Below, piece by piece: positions 59,501 to 64,000 of a DNA stretch of 64,000 nucleotides. How positions within the stretch are numbered: position 1 is the stretch's first letter; each line of letters opens with the position of its first letter. The notes beneath the pieces were generated by a model. It had not been told where the DNA came from and searched no databases. It saw only the letters and a list, made by a program, of their open reading frames with translations. This DNA comes from a virus: positions 1-64,000 of IMG/VR virus record IMGVR_UViG_3300030098_004191; one strand, written 5' to 3'. Both the position numbers and the translations under genes were made by a program.

Positions 59501-61913
59501 ATTCTTTAGGAACAACAACACGCATCTTATAGATCTTATCATCTAATGATCTACCATCCTCTTTTCTTGTTAAGTAAGATACTTCTGTTTTAACATCAAC
59601 AGCAGGTAATGTATTAATTTTAGTATAAAGATTACTATTAGTACCTACATGAACAAACCAATTATTATTTGCGGAGTCCCACTGAATTGGTGATCCAAGA
59701 TCACCTGATTCTTTATCATGTACTCTACTTGTAATATAAAGATCCGAACCACCATATACTGTAAGGTCTTTTGAATTATCAGCATTAGTTTTAGATGATG
59801 CTAATTTAATACCAGTACCATTTCCTAATCTAATAGCATAATATGTTGTTTCATCTTCTAAATTTTCTGGAAGATCACCAATATCACTATAAATTCTTAC
59901 ACTTTCACCTGTTTGTATAGTGTGTCCACCAACAGCACCAATAGTAAACTCATTATTTGTTGGACCAGATGTAACTTTATATGATTTTTGAGAAGTATCA
60001 GTACCTATGGCAACTGTTGCTGAATTCATATCAACATCAAGCATATGCACAGGTGCTTGATAAACAGTTCCATCTATACTTACTGAAACTACTTCATCAT
60101 TCTTTGCACCAATTCTATATCCTCTTAAAGTAGCTGGTGGTGCATCATCTTTATCATCGTATCCATAGAGATAAAGATGACTTGAAATACCAACACCAGT
60201 AGATCTCGTCTTAGCTACGTCAATGGCAATCCAATCAACAGCTTGGTCTGTTTTGGTAATTGCTTTTGGTGTAATAATATTGGTTACAAATGCATTATCA
60301 TCCTTAGTAAATGCTTTATTCTTGAATCCTTCAGCAGAAAGTGAGATCTGACCAAAGTTGGAGTTAGAGTTTGTAATTGAAGCATCAGATCCAGATTGTA
60401 TATCAAAATGTTTGTTATAACCAATAGCAAACACAGAAACTATCTGAAGAACAGCATCATTTGTAATCTTAATATGACTTGTTTCCCATCCACTTCTATA
60501 AATCGCATTAGGATCTGAATGATAAACAGTATCTGGGTTTAATGAAGATGCTCCTTGAGATAATGCAGATCCTTTTACAACTTGAATTGCAATATTATCA
60601 TATTGTCTAGAAGATTTATTATACTTAACAAATGCTCTATCATCTTTTTGTAGTGAGACACCAGTAAACTGTGCAACAACCATTGATCTGAAACCAGATG
60701 CCTTATGGCCATCTGCTTTCATACCATTCATACCCCATACAGAACGTAAAGAGCAGTTGAATATATATGGAGATGCACCAGATACAGTATCAGTTTCAAT
60801 TTCTACTGAAGCAGCAGATACGGTAGGTTGAGGTGGTAAATTATCTCGTACAAATGGTAATAAGTAAGTAAACTCAGTAGCACTAACAACACTTTGTACT
60901 ATAGTAGAAATATTATAATCTAAAGTATCAACACCCTTAACCTTAATAGGTGTTCCTGCATTTAAATTATGATCTGCTGTTGCAGTAACAGTTACAACTG
61001 TACCAGGTGTAAATCCATCTCCAGATTTAATATTAGAAATTTGAATAGGATCTGTGGCAAATGCACCAACAATTTCCCACTCAGGTCTTTGCTTGGAAAA
61101 TCCACCAGAAGCACTAGGGAATTTCTGATCAATATCCCTTGTAGATGCAAGGTTAAATGCGTTTGATAATTTACTATAATATTGATCTAAATCACTTATA
61201 TCGAATCTCTGAGGAATAGTAACACCATCAGCATATTCAAAACAAGTTAATTTATGGTGAGAGAAAGTAGGTTTGGCTTGGTTATTAGAAGAGAAATCAG
61301 ATTTATCTGTATATACTAGACTATCTTCACTACCATCAAAGAATGTAAACTGGAAGAAATAACAAGAACCAGTAACTCTGAAAAGAGCAGTTGGTGGAGC
61401 TGCACTATCTGAAGCAGTTGGATTTGGTACATATTTTGGTCTAATCTTAGTTTTTCTAAGATCCATACCAACAATAGAAGTACCACGAGGAATTATTACA
61501 CCACCATGAATACTATTAAACTTATAAAGATCATTATTTTCTTGATTTAAATCAAAATTAGAATCTAATGTTAATGAAAGAATATTTTGTGCGTTCTGAG
61601 TATCATCTCCTGCTGGTGTTACTGCTTTTGCTACACCACCTACATCTCTGACTCCATAACCAGGTCTATTATCAACAAAATGTTCTCCAGGATATACAAG
61701 TATTGTTGTCTTCTCTACTATATCATTATCATTACCCTTTAAATATGAAAATCTTGCCGATTCAAGCAATGCTCTCTGAATCGTCTTAAACGGTTGTGTT
61801 AATGAATTACCCTGATTCGTGATCGCATCAGTTGCATCAAGATCACTCGGATTGACGTAAAGAATACGTCCTTCCGTATTCTTCACAAAATTCTCTAATT
61901 TATTAAGAGGCAT
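56523..61913 (-). CDS. Long tail fibre with C-terminal S74 intramolecular chaperone
   Basis: MPLNKLENF..ILYVNPSDLDATD..PFKTIQRAL N-terminus; SSDERLKDNI..GVIAQEVE..VDYKRLVPLLIEAIKEL. Confidence 0.88.
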   Translation of the reverse strand: MPLNKLENFVKNTEGRILYVNPSDLDATDAITNQGNSLTQPFKTIQRALLESARFSYLKGNDNDIVEKTTILVYPGEHFVDNRPGYGVRDVGGVAKAVTPAGDDTQNAQNILSLTLDSNFDLNQENNDLYKFNSIHGGVIIPRGTSIVGMDLRKTKIRPKYVPNPTASDSAAPPTALFRVTGSCYFFQFTFFDGSEDSLVYTDKSDFSSNNQAKPTFSHHKLTCFEYADGVTIPQRFDISDLDQYYSKLSNAFNLASTRDIDQKFPSASGGFSKQRPEWEIVGAFATDPIQISNIKSGDGFTPGTVVTVTATADHNLNAGTPIKVKGVDTLDYNISTIVQSVVSATEFTYLLPFVRDNLPPQPTVSAASVEIETDTVSGASPYIFNCSLRSVWGMNGMKADGHKASGFRSMVVAQFTGVSLQKDDRAFVKYNKSSRQYDNIAIQVVKGSALSQGASSLNPDTVYHSDPNAIYRSGWETSHIKITNDAVLQIVSVFAIGYNKHFDIQSGSDASITNSNSNFGQISLSAEGFKNKAFTKDDNAFVTNIITPKAITKTDQAVDWIAIDVAKTRSTGVGISSHLYLYGYDDKDDAPPATLRGYRIGAKNDEVVSVSIDGTVYQAPVHMLDVDMNSATVAIGTDTSQKSYKVTSGPTNNEFTIGAVGGHTIQTGESVRIYSDIGDLPENLEDETTYYAIRLGNGTGIKLASSKTNADNSKDLTVYGGSDLYITSRVHDKESGDLGSPIQWDSANNNWFVHVGTNSNLYTKINTLPAVDVKTEVSYLTRKEDGRSLDDKIYKMRVVVPKESFNARNPNEGFVIQDSSFTGAKATTDFTDNTIDATDYAYKRNHRFISTCTESSNVVTVRTALPHNLKANDLVKIVNVKSTNNTIGAGNSGYNSTFKVTTTADNKTFTYSTTDIVGVTHDPGTFTSDVTTRDLALPRFERNDIQSNYYVYRTEVISEYEYNVQDGVYHLFVLKADQGVSEEFTELKYGQNVTDLYPQQDKDNPDDNPNAAVSYAKRDPLGEVVTNDLKKSITRECVDQFLTDFAVGKKISAVGRDNTAGISTITFTENHNFNGIATGTVTAGANYDNGTYQDVKLLSGGANPATNAWNGSTARVVVAGGGISNVEIIDPGSGYNASVTTPLYFDQTKVGGGNGAARYTISGEQIISNVGDGLEITGIGTTASGQYRITDVPAKNKVAIAHAAADPVIIVGQYAANTGPAGSIGVTQFDATTGISTFWGSGGVAAHGLVSGSKVRLLNSSNVSLGDFYVKEKVSASNFSVKTDTNITPARYIPHGMSAADAISDAGNESVGARGFSFYQGSTYDLGAALGSGNKIVINDIPTAADKINLRSKFSLGSLLQIDNEIVRVVSNNLSGSGNNELTVIRGYLGTTRTNHVDKTKIKKIDPLAVEFRRPSIIRASGHTFEYLGYGPGNYSTGLPQIQTTTLSEREEFLVQAQERSCGAVVYTGMNNRGDFFIGNKRVSSATGTEQTYDAPLPTVTGQDPSKLSVIFDEVVIKDRLIVEGGTSDKILSQFDGPVTFNSEVRLNGTTVMNSTLKIAGTEQSNNINEGCLVLKGGLGVAKNVNIGGDLNVAGIATFNQIGGGNGATFGNIQVGLTGANELDTSTGNLTIDSAGGTTTVDDILESNGQLRAKATTNSSSKTTGSLVVSGGVGINNDLYVGGDITAFSSSDERLKDNITVIPNALDKVKSISGNTFTWNDKNYEHLRGQTDTGVIAQEVEKLGLPGVTQTRDLSEAEGYDPSLGNELKAVDYKRLVPLLIEAIKELSAKVDALS

Positions 61914-61946
61914 CTTCTTATAATGGCCAAAATATTTCTATGTTTC

Positions 61947-61954
61947 TATTTAGT
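61947..61954 (-). promoter_or_regulatory. Late promoter variant ACTAAATA
   Basis: Upstream of the long fibre gene. Confidence 0.6.
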
Positions 61955-62253
61955 TAGGTAAATTCTTCCTCTTGATAATAGAACTCCATATCAGGTGGTA
62001 ATTCCTCTGGATTTTCTATTTCAAGAGGAAAAAATTCTGGATGAACTTCTTCTTCTACCAAATAACTAAAAGACTTGTACATATCTAATGGGTCATATGT
62101 ACGATTTTCATCTGCTATTTTACACAGATCCTCATCCCATAAATGACCGTCTGGTAATTCGTCAAATGTAAATGGCATTTCATTTATTAAGAACATCTTT
62201 ACGATTTTCTTACCATCATCAAACCAACAGAATCTAGTAGTGATTTTATACAT
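61954..62253 (-). CDS. Conserved cyanophage hypothetical protein
   Basis: IVKMFLINEMPFTFDEL..YLVEEEVHP; TCTAAATA at 62276-62283. Confidence 0.75.
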   Translation of the reverse strand: MYKITTRFCWFDDGKKIVKMFLINEMPFTFDELPDGHLWDEDLCKIADENRTYDPLDMYKSFSYLVEEEVHPEFFPLEIENPEELPPDMEFYYQEEEFT

Positions 62254-62285
62254 AAAACCCCTGCAGAATTAACGTTATTTAGATA

Positions 62286-62438
62286 TTAAGTTTCAGCACC
62301 ACCGCCAGTCCTTTGAAGACGGATCCATTCATCCTCTTCTTTCTGAGGATCATCAACTAATCCTTCTTCTTTTAACTTCTTATAATTATAACACCCATCA
62401 AATGTAAGTTTTATTTTAGGGTCATTTTGTTTTTTCAT
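62286..62438 (-). CDS. Small hypothetical protein (50 aa)
   Basis: MKKQNDPKIKLTFDGCYNYKKLKEEGLVDD... Confidence 0.5.
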   Translation of the reverse strand: MKKQNDPKIKLTFDGCYNYKKLKEEGLVDDPQKEEDEWIRLQRTGGGAET

Positions 62439-62622
62439 GAATGGAAAGTCCAGCGTACTCTATTCGCTCTGGTTCAAGTAACTTAGTCACCACTTCTTTA
62501 ACATCCATAAATTGCTCAGTTGTTTCGCATGTTATAATTCTCTCCTCACCATCATCAGAGATAATGAGAAAAGATCTATTACATACATCAATAACCGTGC
62601 GGTTTACCCAATCATCTTCCAT
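62422..62622 (-). CDS. Conserved cyanophage hypothetical protein
   Basis: VIDVCNRSFLIISDDGE...CET.EQFM.V. Confidence 0.7.
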   Translation of the reverse strand: MEDDWVNRTVIDVCNRSFLIISDDGEERIITCETTEQFMDVKEVVTKLLEPERIEYAGLSIHEKTK

Positions 62623-62668
62623 AATCTAACCTCTTACCAGAGCACCATAGCATATGTAGCCAAGTTTG

Positions 62669-63487
62669 TCAAGACCAACCAGTTATTTCAATCTTTGCTC
62701 CAAAGTCTGTTCTACCATAAGTATTAAGATCTCCACAACATGCACCATTATCATGTACTGATAGATGTTGTCTTGTATGAGATGCTATACCAGCACCTCC
62801 ACCTTGGTCTTCTCCACCACAGTAAATACCAGAAACTCTTCTACTGTGATCATGTGTTCTAAACATATAATACAATCCACCCTTTAAATAATAAGTAGCT
62901 GAAGATTGATTTTCACTAAAAGTTGCCCATAGTGTTCCACCAAGATTATTATTATAAATATCAGAATTTCCTTGAAAATTATATCCACCAGTAAAGGGTG
63001 TAGATCCACCAGAAGAATTTTGAGGACCATAAAGTCTAATATCTAAAAAATGACCAGAATTATTTTCCCATTTAGTAAATCTTACATTAACTGTTTGAGA
63101 TGTTGTCCATCCCGTAAGATCAAGATATAAACCATTATGTTGAACATCTGCCTCTAAAGTTGTAGGAAATAATTGATGTGGTTTTCTTATGATTCTTCCA
63201 ACTTTATGATTGAACCAATCGGCAAATCCAATTTGAACATCATAAGGTAATGTAGTATCTTGAGGAATACTACAAAAATTACCATCAAATCCATTAGTAC
63301 CATTACAAGGAACTAAACCATTACATTTGTAATATGCATAAGTATTATAACCATTCCACTGATGTCCACCACCTCCAAATTGTTTCTCCATCTCAACCAT
63401 ACTGATTCCTAAATGAGCACTCGATAAAGCATCAGCTGCTGATGTTGGAATCCAACCTCCTACACAACTACCATTTCCACCAGCCAT
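62669..63487 (-). CDS. Hypothetical Gly/Cys-rich protein, probably fibre-associated
   Basis: 272 aa, directly follows an S74-bearing fibre. Confidence 0.65.
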   Translation of the reverse strand: MAGGNGSCVGGWIPTSAADALSSAHLGISMVEMEKQFGGGGHQWNGYNTYAYYKCNGLVPCNGTNGFDGNFCSIPQDTTLPYDVQIGFADWFNHKVGRIIRKPHQLFPTTLEADVQHNGLYLDLTGWTTSQTVNVRFTKWENNSGHFLDIRLYGPQNSSGGSTPFTGGYNFQGNSDIYNNNLGGTLWATFSENQSSATYYLKGGLYYMFRTHDHSRRVSGIYCGGEDQGGGAGIASHTRQHLSVHDNGACCGDLNTYGRTDFGAKIEITGWS

Positions 63488-64000
63488 TTACTTACCCTCC
63501 AGTTTTTCTAATCTAGATTTAAGATCATCTATAGTACCTTGCTGTTCTTTTATAGCTTCAATCAATAAAGGTACTATTTTTTCATACTGTACTGTCATAT
63601 ATTCTTCATTGCCAGGTGCAGGTTTAATTGCTTCTGGTAATACTTTCTGTACATCTTGAGCAATGACACCTACCTGTACATCATCACAATCATATCCAAG
63701 TTCTTTTGCCTTCTCATTCTCCTTATAATATACACCCTTAAGATTCAATACTTTTGATATTGGATTGTCTATTTTACCTATAACATCCTTTAACCTTTCA
63801 TCAGAGTAGTAAGCAATGACGTTTCCTTGGAATTGTCCTTCTCCATTAGACCTAAGTTTTATTTTCCAAGTTCCACCTTGACTTGCAGAATAAACTGTAA
63901 CTCCTTCACCAAATCTAAATGCACAAGTATTATCACCAGGATCAACAATATCGCCTTTATTGCTGAGTTTTATTCCAACCCAAGCAGATGCTTGTGTATC
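63488..64000 (-). CDS. C-terminus of a tail fibre with S74 chaperone (start outside window)
   Basis: Frame open to the window edge: GNVIAYYSDERLKD..GVIAQDVQKVLPEA..VQYEKIVPLLIEAIKE. Confidence 0.88.
   Translation of the reverse strand, partial: DTQASAWVGIKLSNKGDIVDPGDNTCAFRFGEGVTVYSASQGGTWKIKLRSNGEGQFQGNVIAYYSDERLKDVIGKIDNPISKVLNLKGVYYKENEKAKELGYDCDDVQVGVIAQDVQKVLPEAIKPAPGNEEYMTVQYEKIVPLLIEAIKEQQGTIDDLKSRLEKLEGK

Noticed and set aside
445-62727. Plus-strand ORFs in the track (e.g. 2638-2994, 16401-16718, 28988-29452, 56156-56515)
   Set aside because: Antisense shadows of well-supported minus-strand genes, with no recognisable motifs
49774-64000. Diversity-generating retroelement or invertible fibre cassette
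   Set aside because: No reverse transcriptase or invertase, and no TR/VR pair noticed; the two S74 regions are similar only as homologous domains

Overview
A 64-kb, AT-rich segment of a T4-like marine cyanomyovirus (Kyanoviridae-type). The ho1 and cp12 genes plus the low GC suggest a Prochlorococcus or Synechococcus host. Essentially all credible genes are on the minus strand. Left (1-28.9 kb): late structural module with neck gp14/gp13, fibre-like proteins, a VrlC-like protein, and baseplate gp8, a giant 4498-aa gp7, gp6 and gp25, driven by T4-type late promoters. Middle (30.5-49.4 kb): an early/accessory region of many small genes. It is punctuated by about 16 copies of a composite element (dyad box + stem-loop + -10 hexamer). 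It also holds an iteron-rich, origin-like locus with divergent sigma70 promoters, three strongly structured putative ncRNAs, a ligase-superfamily (DUF6267-like) gene, a putative Type II restriction-modification pair, a second methyltransferase, an SF2 helicase, ho1 and a CP12-like gene. Right (49.4-64 kb): tail-fibre cluster with S74 chaperone domains and a modular subtilisin (S8)-containing protein. The most interesting signals are the unannotated structured RNAs and the promoter-bounded cassette architecture that carries them. All structures and motifs were read by eye; no searches were run.
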